From an uncultured delta proteobacterium (GTDB taxonomy: Bacteria; Desulfobacterota; Syntrophia; Syntrophales; Smithellaceae), in NCBI GenBank assembly GCA_963812045.1, contig CAWETF010000003.1:40209-104208 (forward strand): a stretch of DNA of 64,000 nucleotides, in the 5' to 3' direction. Shown one piece after another: positions 38,965 through 48,080 of the stretch. Positions within the stretch are counted from its first letter, which is position 1, and the number at the start of each line of letters is the position of its first letter. The notes beneath the pieces are model-generated. The model was given only the letters and a program-made list of their open reading frames with translations, made no database searches and was not told the DNA's origin. Both the position numbers and the translations under genes were made by a program.

Positions 38965-39558
38965 TTACTTAACTGACGGCTCTCCTTTTTTCTGATTCAA
39001 TTTCGGATGCGATACCAACAGATGCCATACAAACGCTTGAAAAACCTCAGAATGAGTTGTAATGGTTTCATTATTAACAGAAGGAACTATCACACACGCA
39101 TCCGCCACCTGCGCCGTGTAACCGCCGTCACGGCCAACCACACCGGTAATTTTAGCGCCAACAGATCTGGCATACTTCAGGGCTTCCACGAGATTCGAAC
39201 TGATGTTTTTTTCAAGGTTACCACCGCCGACAGAAAAGATAAAGACGGCATCCCTGGATGAGAGCCGGCTCGTTTTCAGCCATTCAACAAAGATGGATGC
39301 CCATCCCTCATCATTTGTACGCGCTGTCAATTCGGAGACATTATCCGTCGGGGCATAAGATTCTATCCCGGCTATTTTACGGAAATCATTTACCGCATGA
39401 GAACAATTGGCTGCGCTTCCTCCCACACCGAGAAAAAATATACGTCCTTCATTCTCTTTAACGCTTGCGAGGATATCTGCCATCTTCTCAATCACTTCAA
39501 CATCCAGTTTATTGAGGATACTGATTGCCTCGTTTATATGCTGCTGAGCGTAACTCAT
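38965..39558 (-). CDS. gmhA: SIS-domain sugar-phosphate isomerase, probable D-sedoheptulose-7-phosphate isomerase
   Basis: FFLGVGGSAANCSHAVNDF SIS motif, ~197 aa. The ATGA start/stop overlap indicates translational coupling to the next genes. Confidence 0.65.
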   Translation of the reverse strand: MSYAQQHINEAISILNKLDVEVIEKMADILASVKENEGRIFFLGVGGSAANCSHAVNDFRKIAGIESYAPTDNVSELTARTNDEGWASIFVEWLKTSRLSSRDAVFIFSVGGGNLEKNISSNLVEALKYARSVGAKITGVVGRDGGYTAQVADACVIVPSVNNETITTHSEVFQAFVWHLLVSHPKLNQKKGEPSVK

Positions 39559-40262
39559 GATTCTTCTCTCTCCCTGAAATACTGGATCGTTTCATTCAAC
39601 CCCTTTTGAGAACCGATTTCATAAAATCGTTCGAATACTTCGTGTCCAGCCAATAAACCTTCAACCGAAAGCTCATAATAAATGTCCGCCAAATCGAAAG
39701 GCTGATCAACCGGTACATTTTCAAAAACTGAATACGAGAGTATACCCAATCCGTAGTCAATGTATAACATCTCAGGCCTGGTTACATGTTTGTTGTATTC
39801 AGTAACACAACCATCGTAAAATAAAACATTGCTCTTGTCCCACTGATTGTCATTTTTCAGCACTGTCATCATGGCAGGCTTTTCACTTACCCAAAAATCA
39901 CGCTCAACTGCTTTGAAGTCAATTGGCAAGTAAGAGTCCCCGTAGTAAACAAAAAATTCCTTACCCAAAAGAGGCAAAGCTTTCTTCAATGCACCGCCGG
40001 TACCCAGCAGGCGCGGACCATCCCATGAATAATGTATGTCCAATCCAACATTCGAACCGTCACCGACAAGCGCCTCAACCTGCTCACCCAGATGCCCAAG
40101 ACAAATCACAACACTTTTAACATCTTGTTTATGTAAATATTGAAGTTGTCTTAATATAAAAGGTTTGCCGGCCACATCAACCAGCGCCTTGGGAATTTTT
40201 TCGGTTAGGGGTCTCAGACGCGTCGATAAACCTCCTGCAAGGATTGCAACCGGTATACTCAT
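39555..40262 (-). CDS. Sugar-1-phosphate nucleotidyltransferase, HddC-like (D-glycero-D-manno-heptose-1-phosphate guanylyltransferase candidate)
   Basis: AILAGGLSTRLRPLTEKIPKALVDVAGKPF nucleotidyltransferase signature. It sits between the GmhA-like and HddA-like genes. Confidence 0.6.
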   Translation of the reverse strand: MSIPVAILAGGLSTRLRPLTEKIPKALVDVAGKPFILRQLQYLHKQDVKSVVICLGHLGEQVEALVGDGSNVGLDIHYSWDGPRLLGTGGALKKALPLLGKEFFVYYGDSYLPIDFKAVERDFWVSEKPAMMTVLKNDNQWDKSNVLFYDGCVTEYNKHVTRPEMLYIDYGLGILSYSVFENVPVDQPFDLADIYYELSVEGLLAGHEVFERFYEIGSQKGLNETIQYFREREES

Positions 40263-41239
40263 GCGAACACAACCTTTGTGCCTTCGAAATCAAAGCGAAA
40301 TCGCACTTCTTCAAGTCCCGCGTGTGTCATCGCATGTTTTAGACGATTCCTATCATCGGCATAAAACATGAGAAAACCGCCGCCTCCTGCGCCAACTAAT
40401 TTTCCGCCAAGCGCGCCATTTTTTCGTCCGAGTTCATACCATTTATCAATCTGTGGATTGCTGATGTCCTTTGATCTTATTCGTTTATTTTCCCAGTGCT
40501 CATGCATTATTTCTCCGAACAACTTTGGATTTCCATCTTCAAGGGCTTTTTTACTTTGCAATCCAAGTTCCTTGATGACGTGTAAATTTTTGAGCATATC
40601 TTTATCGGATTTTTCAGAGCGTATTTTTTGATCCTGCAAAATATTACCGGCACTTCTGGAAAAACCCGTAAAAAATAAAAGAAGATTGTCTTCCAAATCA
40701 AATAAAGTATCCGAACTGATCTTGAGGGGTGTTGATTCCACAGAATCATCTTTATTAAAATTGAAGCAAGTCAACCCTCCGTATGCCGCAATATATTGAT
40801 CCTGCTTACCGATAGGTTCTTTTAATTTTTCAATTTCAATTTCACAAGCCAGCTTTGCCAAATCACCGGGCAACAGCAGTTTTCTTTCCTGCATGAATAA
40901 TGCCTTTAACAGTGCCGTAGTAAAACTGCCCGACGAACCTAAGCCCGTGCCGGCAGGAATGTCCGCCAAAGTTGTTATTTCGATCTGAGGCTTTTCCAAC
41001 TTAAGCAATTTAATAGCTTCTCTCAGTATAGGATGCTGCACATCTTCTGCTTTTTCAGCACGTTCAAGTTTTGAGTATTTCAGAAAAATTCCAGGCGTGA
41101 AGGGTTTTATAACCGTCACATAAACATATTTATCGATAGCCGCCGCCATTAGAAAACCGCCATATTTGCGATAATAAGACGGCAAATCGGTTCCACCGCC
41201 ACCAAGCGTGATGCGCAAAGGACTACGTGTTAGTATCAT
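40259..41239 (-). CDS. GHMP-family sugar kinase, HddA-like (D-glycero-D-manno-heptose-7-phosphate kinase candidate)
   Basis: The N-terminus RSPLRITLGGGGTDLPSYY is typical of HddA-type kinases. The GHMP motif PAGTGLGSSGSF and a C-terminal GAGGGGF are also present. Confidence 0.7.
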   Translation of the reverse strand: MILTRSPLRITLGGGGTDLPSYYRKYGGFLMAAAIDKYVYVTVIKPFTPGIFLKYSKLERAEKAEDVQHPILREAIKLLKLEKPQIEITTLADIPAGTGLGSSGSFTTALLKALFMQERKLLLPGDLAKLACEIEIEKLKEPIGKQDQYIAAYGGLTCFNFNKDDSVESTPLKISSDTLFDLEDNLLLFFTGFSRSAGNILQDQKIRSEKSDKDMLKNLHVIKELGLQSKKALEDGNPKLFGEIMHEHWENKRIRSKDISNPQIDKWYELGRKNGALGGKLVGAGGGGFLMFYADDRNRLKHAMTHAGLEEVRFRFDFEGTKVVFA

Positions 41240-41481
41240 TATTAAATTCCTTGCAAATATGCTGAGTAAATTTCAACTATTCATAGGGATCTATTGATTG
41301 ATTATTGATATTTCTACCACATGTTGAAGTAAAATTCCGCATTTTTTATTACGAAATGCACATATGTTTTTCGAAACAGAGAACGTCAACTTGGCGAGCT
41401 ATATTGCTTAACACGCTTTATTCTTTAGGCATCTATTTCTCTCTGCCGTCGAAAACTGGCAAAATGTCGTACAGAAAAAAA

Positions 41482-41510
41482 TTGACATGACATATAAACT
41501 TACTTATATC
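41482..41510 (+). promoter_or_regulatory. Putative sigma70 promoter (TTGACA-N17-TATATC) for the GT2 gene at 41610
   Basis: Hexamers at 41482-41487 and 41505-41510 in an AT-rich divergent intergenic region. AT-rich DNA raises the false-positive risk. Confidence 0.3.
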
Positions 41511-41609
41511 TTCAACTACAAGAAAGTAGCTTTTATTAAAAATACTAAACAAGCTTATGAACACCACCAAGACTAACTTTAAGCATTTGCAATACACTCA
41601 CAACTTTAA

Positions 41610-42332
41610 ATGAAAAAAATATTAGTGGTAGTACCCGTATATAATGAAGAAGAGATTCTTGAAAAGCATGTCAAGATATTACATGATTTTCTATCAGACA
41701 ATTTTTCGCAATATGAATGGGAGATTATAATTGCAGCCACCATATCTAAGGATAAAACTTTTGAGATAGGAAGATCCCTGGAAAGGGAATTGAAGCAGGT
41801 AAAATTTTATGACTGTCAAATAGCCCCTAAAAGCCTTGCCATTAAAATAGCCTGGTTATCCGAAGAAGCCGATATATATTGTTACATGGATATGGATTTA
41901 TCAACAGATATAAAATACACAGTCAATTTGATCAATGCGATAGAACAAGGCAATGATCTTGCAATTGGTTCACGTACATCAGAAGAATCAAAAACCGCCA
42001 GACATTTCATCAGACATTTGATTTCAGTCACATTAATATTTCTGCTTAAATTATTATTTTGTACAAAAATAAACGATTTTCAGTGTGGATTTAAAGCAAT
42101 TAATCGGCAAGTCAGAGATAAAATTTTACCCCAAATGAAATCTTTAAACCACGGGTTTATGGATACTGAACTTTTATTGGTTTCCTTAGATCAGGGTTAC
42201 AAAATAAAAGAAATTCCCGTTAACTGGTGTGATGAACGTAAAAGTAAAGTCAGATTTTTCGGAGCCGTAACCGATGCGCTCTTCAGTATGTTAAGAATAA
42301 AACTTGATTTGAGTCTCGGTAATTATAGATAA
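41610..42332 (+). CDS. Family 2 glycosyltransferase of the polyprenol-phosphate sugar synthase type (DPM1/ArnC/ALG5-like)
   Basis: VVPVYNEEE, YMDMDLSTD (DxD) and QCGFKA are motifs typical of Dpm1/GtrB-like enzymes. It is a 240-aa soluble-type catalytic domain. Confidence 0.65.
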   Translation: MKKILVVVPVYNEEEILEKHVKILHDFLSDNFSQYEWEIIIAATISKDKTFEIGRSLERELKQVKFYDCQIAPKSLAIKIAWLSEEADIYCYMDMDLSTDIKYTVNLINAIEQGNDLAIGSRTSEESKTARHFIRHLISVTLIFLLKLLFCTKINDFQCGFKAINRQVRDKILPQMKSLNHGFMDTELLLVSLDQGYKIKEIPVNWCDERKSKVRFFGAVTDALFSMLRIKLDLSLGNYR

Positions 42333-42336
42333 GGAT

Positions 42337-42654
42337 CTATGTAGTCTCATGATCAAGCCATTTTAAATATTTCCTGCTTCCCTTGATGATCGGCACAGCA
42401 ATAATTTCCGGCGTTTCATAGGGATGCAGTTTTTTTATCGCAGATTCAACCTTATCAAAAAGACTTGCCCTTGTTTTAATCAGGCATAACCACTCAGGTG
42501 CTATTTCCACTTTTCCCTTCCAGCGATATGTGCTTTCAACAGGACCGGTAATTTGCACGCAGGCGGCCAGTTTTTGCTCGACTAAATATTGAGCGATCTT
42601 TTGCGCCTGTCTTTTTGTGTTCGTTGTTGTAGATATTTGAATGTAAGACGTCAT
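42337..42654 (-). CDS. cutA: Divalent-cation tolerance protein CutA
   Basis: 105 aa with LVEQKLAACVQI...STYRWKGKVE...E..L.IKT...HPYETPEI, the CutA1 pattern. Confidence 0.85.
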   Translation of the reverse strand: MTSYIQISTTTNTKRQAQKIAQYLVEQKLAACVQITGPVESTYRWKGKVEIAPEWLCLIKTRASLFDKVESAIKKLHPYETPEIIAVPIIKGSRKYLKWLDHETT

Positions 42655-42674
42655 AAAATCACCATCTATTTAAC

Positions 42675-42796
42675 GACCTTGCAAAAAGCTTCAGAGGCAA
42701 GGCGCGCAAAACCCGAGGAGTGAGGCGTACTTTTTAGTGTACGTCGCAACGACGAGGGTTGCAGCGCAACGCAGCATATGAGCTTTTTCCAGGGTC
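42675..42796. repeat. ~120-nt imperfect palindromic intergenic element
   Basis: Outer arms GACCTTGCAAAAAGCT (42675-42690) and AGCTTTTTCCAGGGTC (42781-42796) are complementary at 14/16 positions. Inner partial complementarity (GCAAAACCCG / CGAGGGTTGC; CGTAC / GTACG) surrounds a TTTTTA centre. Confidence 0.5.
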
Positions 42797-42797
42797 G

Positions 42798-43607
42798 TCA
42801 TTTTTTTACGCACTCGTACATCATTATAGCCGCTGCCTGCGGCAAACTCAAAGAATCGGCCTTGCCGCTTCCGGGGATGCTCCACTTTTCATCGGTCATT
42901 CTTAAAATGGCCTCCGGCAGGCCATGACTTTCATTGCCTAGAATCAGAGCGGCCTTTTTCTGAACCGGATGAGGCAATAAACCATCGCGGACATCAGAGC
43001 CTATAAGAAAAAAGCTTTTATTAATTTCCGGTAATGCCACGGATAAATCAATCTCCGGAATAATTGTCAAATGGAAAATAGTTCCCATGGAGGCGCGCAC
43101 GGCTTTGGGGTTTGTATAGTCCGCCGAGTTGACACTTAATATTATTCCGGTAAAGCCAAACCATCGCGCGCTGCGCATGAGCGCTCCGAGATTACGAGGG
43201 TTGTTGATTGCATGCAAGATTAAAATGTTACCGGAAGTATTTGCGCATAAGGAGGAAATATTCTGCGGCTGCTTTATTTTCACCACAGCCATGATTCCTT
43301 CGGGTTCCCTGTCCTGTCCTATTTTTTGCCACTGGTTACGCGTAAGCTGATAAACGGGAATGTCTTTTGCGGCGGGAAGCGCAAGCTTCTCCCAGTATTT
43401 TACCTTTTCGGGCATAATAAGCAATGCTTCGATCTGCCAGTCGCTCGCCAGTAGTTCTTCAACCACTTTAACGCCTTCGGCTAAAAAAGTCACTTCCTCC
43501 TGCCTCGTTTTAGCATCATTGAGCTTTGCCCATTTTTTAAGCAGTGCTTGCGAAATATTTAAAAATTCAGTCATCATGAAATCCTGATTATTTTTTTCTC
43601 GCGACAA
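42798..43607 (-). CDS. TrmH/SpoU-family RNA 2'-O-methyltransferase
   Basis: SPOUT motifs: NPRNLGALMRSA, LILGNESHGL and SLSLPQAAAIMMYE. The true start may be the internal MMTEF (43577), which removes the overlap with terC. Confidence 0.8.
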   Translation of the reverse strand: MSREKNNQDFMMTEFLNISQALLKKWAKLNDAKTRQEEVTFLAEGVKVVEELLASDWQIEALLIMPEKVKYWEKLALPAAKDIPVYQLTRNQWQKIGQDREPEGIMAVVKIKQPQNISSLCANTSGNILILHAINNPRNLGALMRSARWFGFTGIILSVNSADYTNPKAVRASMGTIFHLTIIPEIDLSVALPEINKSFFLIGSDVRDGLLPHPVQKKAALILGNESHGLPEAILRMTDEKWSIPGSGKADSLSLPQAAAIMMYECVKK

Positions 43608-44514
43608 TCAGCCTTTTCTCCGGCCAGATAAGCGATGCAATAACCGATAATGCTATTACAGAGGCTATTACGGCTAAAGAAACGTAAATATTAATTTTAT
43701 AAATATCGGTAATAAGCATTTTAATTCCCACAAAACCCAGAATGACGGAAAGGCCGTAATGCAGGAAGTGAAACACTTTCATAAGACCGGAAATGGCAAA
43801 GAAAAGAGAACGCAGACCCAAAACGGCGAAAACATTGGAAGTAAAAACGATAAAAGGATCAGTTGTAACAGCTAAAACAGCGGGGATGGAATCAACGGCG
43901 AAAAAAACATCCGTTGTCCCGAGAGCTACAACAACAACCAAAAGCGGTGTGGCGTAGCGCTTGCTGTTGATGATGGTAATGAATCTGTTTTCTGAGTATT
44001 CATGGGAAACCGGCATAAACATGCGGAGCAGTTTTATCATAATGTTTTTTTCCGGATGAACTTCCTGCTGTTTGCCCCGGGCAAGCTGGATAGCGGTAAA
44101 AATCAGAAAGACACCGAAAATATATATTATCCAGTGAAATTCGTTAATCAGAGCGATACCGGCAAAAATAAAAATGCCGCGCATAATTAAAGCTATCATT
44201 ATGCCCCAGATTAAAGCTTTCTGCTCGTATTCGACCGGCACCAAAAAATAACGGAAGAAAAGTAAAAAAACGAAAAGGTTATCGATGCTCAGCGAGTATT
44301 CAATGAGATAACCGGTTAAGAATTCCAACGCTTTCTGATGACCGTAAAAATAATAGATGCCGGTGCAAAAAAGTAAAGCCAGCGCTATCCAGAATAATGT
44401 CCAGTAGAGCGATTCCCTGATTTTTACCGCGTGTGCTCTGCGGCTAAAGACGCCGAGATCCAGCGTCAGCATAGCTAAGATAAATACAGCAAAGAATGTC
44501 CACCACAGAGCCAT
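43588..44514 (-). CDS. TerC-family integral membrane protein
   Basis: EYSLSIDNLFVF and FAVDSIPAVLAV are the paired TerC motifs. About 9 TM segments. Confidence 0.85.
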   Translation of the reverse strand: MALWWTFFAVFILAMLTLDLGVFSRRAHAVKIRESLYWTLFWIALALLFCTGIYYFYGHQKALEFLTGYLIEYSLSIDNLFVFLLFFRYFLVPVEYEQKALIWGIMIALIMRGIFIFAGIALINEFHWIIYIFGVFLIFTAIQLARGKQQEVHPEKNIMIKLLRMFMPVSHEYSENRFITIINSKRYATPLLVVVVALGTTDVFFAVDSIPAVLAVTTDPFIVFTSNVFAVLGLRSLFFAISGLMKVFHFLHYGLSVILGFVGIKMLITDIYKINIYVSLAVIASVIALSVIASLIWPEKRLIVARKK

Positions 44515-44530
44515 GTTATAAATTCCTTTG

Positions 44531-45376
44531 TCACTTCGATGGGACTGAAACTTGCTTGCGCCAGATCAAAATACTTATGCCGGCCATCATCATCAATGCG
44601 CAAAGAACCTGTCCCATGCTCATAAAACTTAAAACGAAACCGAGTTGATAATCGGGCTCGCGGAAAAATTCAATAAAGAAACGCACAAAGCCATAGCCGC
44701 AAATATATGCCCCCAGCAGGAATCCATCAAAACGTTTCTTTTTTCTGATGGACCACAGAAGTATGAACAGAACAATTCCTTCAAAGAGGGCTTCATAAAG
44801 CTGCGAGGGATGCCGCAGTCTCTGTGTGGAATCAAGTGGAAAATACATTCCCCAGGGCATTGTAGTTATTCGGCCGTACAGTTCTCCGTTAATAAAATTG
44901 CCGATTCGGCCAAATGTATAGCCCAGCGGAATGGCCGGGCAAAACATATCAATAAAATGCCAGGGGCTAATCTTGCGTTTGTGGCAGAATATAAGAGTGA
45001 CAATAACGATGCCGATAACCCCTCCATGATAAGACATGCCGCTGAGGCCCACAAATTTAAACCCGTTGGAAAAATCGAAAGGTAAAATTATTTCCAGCGG
45101 ATGCTGGAAATAATAACTGAAATTATAAAACAGGGCATAGCCGAATCGTCCGCCGCAGATCAAACCGAGCATCGCCCAGACAAGATAATCCTGCACGGTT
45201 TCCTCTGTGTATGCATAATTTTCATTTTTTATCCGGTAGAGAGTTAAAAAATAAACAATGGCTAAAGCGACGAGATACATCAGGCTGTAATAGCGCAGTT
45301 GAAATGAACCGATGCTGAAAAGCGCGGGACTGATATGCGACGGTAGGTGCTGCCAGGTATTTATAAAAGATTCCAT
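44531..45376 (-). CDS. lgt: Prolipoprotein diacylglyceryl transferase
   Basis: YGLMYxxA-like N-terminus, GGRxGY, HGGxxG, GRIGNFINGELYG and HPSQLYE motifs. Confidence 0.9.
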   Translation of the reverse strand: MESFINTWQHLPSHISPALFSIGSFQLRYYSLMYLVALAIVYFLTLYRIKNENYAYTEETVQDYLVWAMLGLICGGRFGYALFYNFSYYFQHPLEIILPFDFSNGFKFVGLSGMSYHGGVIGIVIVTLIFCHKRKISPWHFIDMFCPAIPLGYTFGRIGNFINGELYGRITTMPWGMYFPLDSTQRLRHPSQLYEALFEGIVLFILLWSIRKKKRFDGFLLGAYICGYGFVRFFIEFFREPDYQLGFVLSFMSMGQVLCALMMMAGISILIWRKQVSVPSK

Positions 45377-45402
45377 GATATGCTCTTTTCCGGTTTAGAA
45401 TT

Positions 45403-46383
45403 TTAGTATGTATGACCCTTGAGTTCGTCAACATAGAGCTCCGCGCTGTATAGGGCATTGGCTCCGTCACCCGCCGCAGTTATCACCTGCCGGAATTGTT
45501 TTGCCCGACAATCGCCGGCGGCAAATATTCCCGCGGCGGAAGTGCGCATGTTATCGTCCGTTTTGATATAGCCGCCCGCGTCTAGTTCCAGAACATTGCG
45601 AAAAATGCCGGTATGAGGAACTCTGCCGACGAAGATAAAGACGCCCTCCGCGGCAATTTTTTTAATTTCTCCGGTTTGGACGTCGGCCACTTTCACGCCG
45701 GTTACAAAATCCTGACCGGAAACTTCCATCAGTTTCGCCTTCCAGACAAATTCGATTTTCTTTTCCGCAAATGCTTTTTTCTGCAGGATTGCCGCGGCCC
45801 GCAAGCGGTCCCGGCGGTGAATTACGGTAACTTTCCCGGCAAAATGAGTCAGGAATAACGCTTCCTGAATAGCCGTATCACCGCCGCCCACGACAACGAC
45901 ATTTTTGTTTCTATAAAAAGGACCGTCGCAGGTAGCGCAATAAGAAACTCCTCTGCCGGCAAATTCATCTTCACCGGGAACGCCCAGCTTGCTCCACTTA
46001 GCGCCTGTCGCGGCAATAATGCTTAGGGTGCTATAGGATTTATCTTCCACTGTAACGTTCCAGATCATGGGAGCGTCGGCATTTTTTTTAATCTCCGAAA
46101 CATCCCGGGTTATTATTTCCAGCCCGAAATTAAGCGCTTGTTTTTTAAAGAGCTGCATGAGATCGAAACCATTAATGCCATCGGGAATTCCCGGATAATT
46201 TTCGATCAAATCGGTAATGGTTATCTGGCTTACCGTCGCCGCGCCTTCTAAAAGCAGCGTTTTCAGTCCGCTTCTAGCGGCGTAAATGCCTGCCGTGTAA
46301 CCTGCCGGTCCGCCTCCGATAATAATTGTGTCGTAATCATATTCCGGAAATTTTGCTTTGCTCACAAAAGAAACTCCCTTCAT
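45403..46383 (-). CDS. trxB: Thioredoxin-disulfide reductase
   Basis: IIIGGGPAG, redox-active CATCDG, GGGDTAIQEA and AAGDC motifs. Confidence 0.9.
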   Translation of the reverse strand: MKGVSFVSKAKFPEYDYDTIIIGGGPAGYTAGIYAARSGLKTLLLEGAATVSQITITDLIENYPGIPDGINGFDLMQLFKKQALNFGLEIITRDVSEIKKNADAPMIWNVTVEDKSYSTLSIIAATGAKWSKLGVPGEDEFAGRGVSYCATCDGPFYRNKNVVVVGGGDTAIQEALFLTHFAGKVTVIHRRDRLRAAAILQKKAFAEKKIEFVWKAKLMEVSGQDFVTGVKVADVQTGEIKKIAAEGVFIFVGRVPHTGIFRNVLELDAGGYIKTDDNMRTSAAGIFAAGDCRAKQFRQVITAAGDGANALYSAELYVDELKGHTY

Positions 46384-46464
46384 TAATATTGTTTATTTTA
46401 ATCAGGATAAAGGTGATTTGTAAAGACTAAAATATGGATTATCCGTCCCGAAAGCCGCTGAGAT

Positions 46465-47136
46465 TTATTTTATAAAATCTGAAATGTGAGTGTCCAGCCA
46501 GTCTGTCCACGCCTTGATTCCTTCGCCTGTTTTAGAGGAAACTTCAAAGATGGCAATGTCCGGGTTAATACGCTGGACTCGTTCCTTAAGCACTGCCATG
46601 TTGAAGTCGGAAAGCCCCATGTAATCAATCTTATTCACCACGAGCACATTACTCACACTGAACATAAGAGGATATTTCAGGGGTTTGTCGTCGCCCTCGG
46701 GAACGCTCAGGATCATGGCGTTATGAATCGCGCCGGTATCGAACTCGGCCGGGCATACCAGATTGCCCACATTTTCGATAATAATCAGGTCAAAGGCATT
46801 TAAATCGAAAGCAGCCAGTCCTGTGGACACCATGGCTGCATCAAGGTGACAAAACCCGCCAGTCCGCAATTGCACCGCTTTTACGCCCGTGGCCGCAACC
46901 TTTTCGGCATCCACCATGGAATCTATATCAGCCTCAATCACCCCGATCCGGTAACGTCTTCTCAATTGCTCTATCGTTTTCATAATCAGACTGGTTTTGC
47001 CCGCGCCCGGCGAGGCCATCAGGTTGAGCAGATATGTGCGGCTGTTTTTCAATTGGGTTCTGAGTTTGGCAGCCAGGTCCTTATTGTCCGCGAGGATATC
47101 CTCCTTGATTTCGATCAGCCGAACTTCGTCCATCAT
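46465..47136 (-). CDS. hypB: Hydrogenase nickel-incorporation GTPase HypB
   Basis: SPGAGKTSL P-loop, CHLDA, ENVGNLVCPA and NKIDxxxxxxF motifs. Confidence 0.9.
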   Translation of the reverse strand: MMDEVRLIEIKEDILADNKDLAAKLRTQLKNSRTYLLNLMASPGAGKTSLIMKTIEQLRRRYRIGVIEADIDSMVDAEKVAATGVKAVQLRTGGFCHLDAAMVSTGLAAFDLNAFDLIIIENVGNLVCPAEFDTGAIHNAMILSVPEGDDKPLKYPLMFSVSNVLVVNKIDYMGLSDFNMAVLKERVQRINPDIAIFEVSSKTGEGIKAWTDWLDTHISDFIK

Positions 47137-47483
47137 TGTGCCTCCATACTTTTAATAAAATATTCTCTGCCGGCGATAAGCGTTAATTCCTTGCCTCCGC
47201 ACGCAGGGCAGATCACGTCATTCATTTCCGCGGTTTTTACCTGAATTTCTTTTGCACAGTTTGAGCACTTGAGCACTACCGGTGTACGTTCGATTACGAG
47301 GCGTGCGCTTTGGGCAAGAGTGCCTTTGCTGATGTAATCGAAATAACGCTGGAGCCATTCATCCTGCAGATCGCTCAATTCACCAATCGCCAGCGCTATG
47401 CTGAATACGCGGCTTACCTGATTCATGCGTGCATGATTGAGCACAACATCAAGGATGCTTTGTATTACCGGTAATTCATGCAT
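47133..47483 (-). CDS. hypA: Hydrogenase maturation nickel metallochaperone HypA
   Basis: MHELPV N-terminal Ni site and two CxxC pairs (CSNC ... CPAC). 4-nt overlap with hypB. Confidence 0.9.
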   Translation of the reverse strand: MHELPVIQSILDVVLNHARMNQVSRVFSIALAIGELSDLQDEWLQRYFDYISKGTLAQSARLVIERTPVVLKCSNCAKEIQVKTAEMNDVICPACGGKELTLIAGREYFIKSMEAQ

Positions 47484-47627
47484 GGAATGCTCCTGACTAT
47501 ATTTCGAAGTGTTTTTATTATTTCAACATAAAGATATTTTGTAAAGTCCAAAATAAAGCCTTCAATAAATGTTTATTATTCGGCCGGATTATGATAGTAA
47601 TTCACAAACAACAGCAGAGAGTAACTT

Positions 47628-47927
47628 ATGGATAAACTTAAAGGTTCACAAAAAAAATATCTGCGTGCGCAGGCGCATCATCTAAAGCCGCTGGTGATTA
47701 TCGGAGCGAAAGGCCTTACAACCCCGCTGATGAAATCTGTTGACCTCGTCCTGAAAGACCACGAACTCATTAAGGTAAAATTCGGAGAGTTTAAAGTAGC
47801 AAAAAAAGAAATCTCCGGAGAAATCGCGCAGGCAACCAAAAGCGAACTTGTCGGTCTCATCGGCAACATCGCCATCTTCTATCGCCAAAATCCCGCACCG
47901 GAAAAAAGAAAAATAAAAATACCGTAG
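47628..47927 (+). CDS. yhbY: YhbY-family (CRM domain) ribosome-assembly RNA-binding protein
   Basis: LKGSQKKYLRAQAHHLKPLVIIGAKGLT...HELIKVK matches the YhbY pattern. 99 aa. Confidence 0.8.
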   Translation: MDKLKGSQKKYLRAQAHHLKPLVIIGAKGLTTPLMKSVDLVLKDHELIKVKFGEFKVAKKEISGEIAQATKSELVGLIGNIAIFYRQNPAPEKRKIKIP

Positions 47928-48080
47928 AACAGCAATACACTAAACATATACAAACGATACAGCAGCAAAAAATAATCAATGTTTTTTTCAGATGAGCGAA
48001 AGCGAGGAGTCATCTAAAAAATAAAATGTCTCGCTTTACTCGACATGACGAATAAATTCCATTTGGTTCGGGAGGATAAG

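Noticed and set aside
44515-44530. Possible yybP-ykoY (Mn) riboswitch upstream of the TerC-family gene
   Set aside because: Only 16 nt separate the lgt stop from the terC start, which leaves no room for a riboswitch. The genes look co-transcribed.
25759-46383. Search for selenoprotein genes (in-frame TGA) among redox genes, given selC in the window
   Set aside because: The peroxiredoxin (TPVC), TrxB (CATCDG), nitroreductase and four-Cys protein all use Cys codons. I saw no pair of adjacent same-frame ORFs separated by a single TGA with homology continuing across it.
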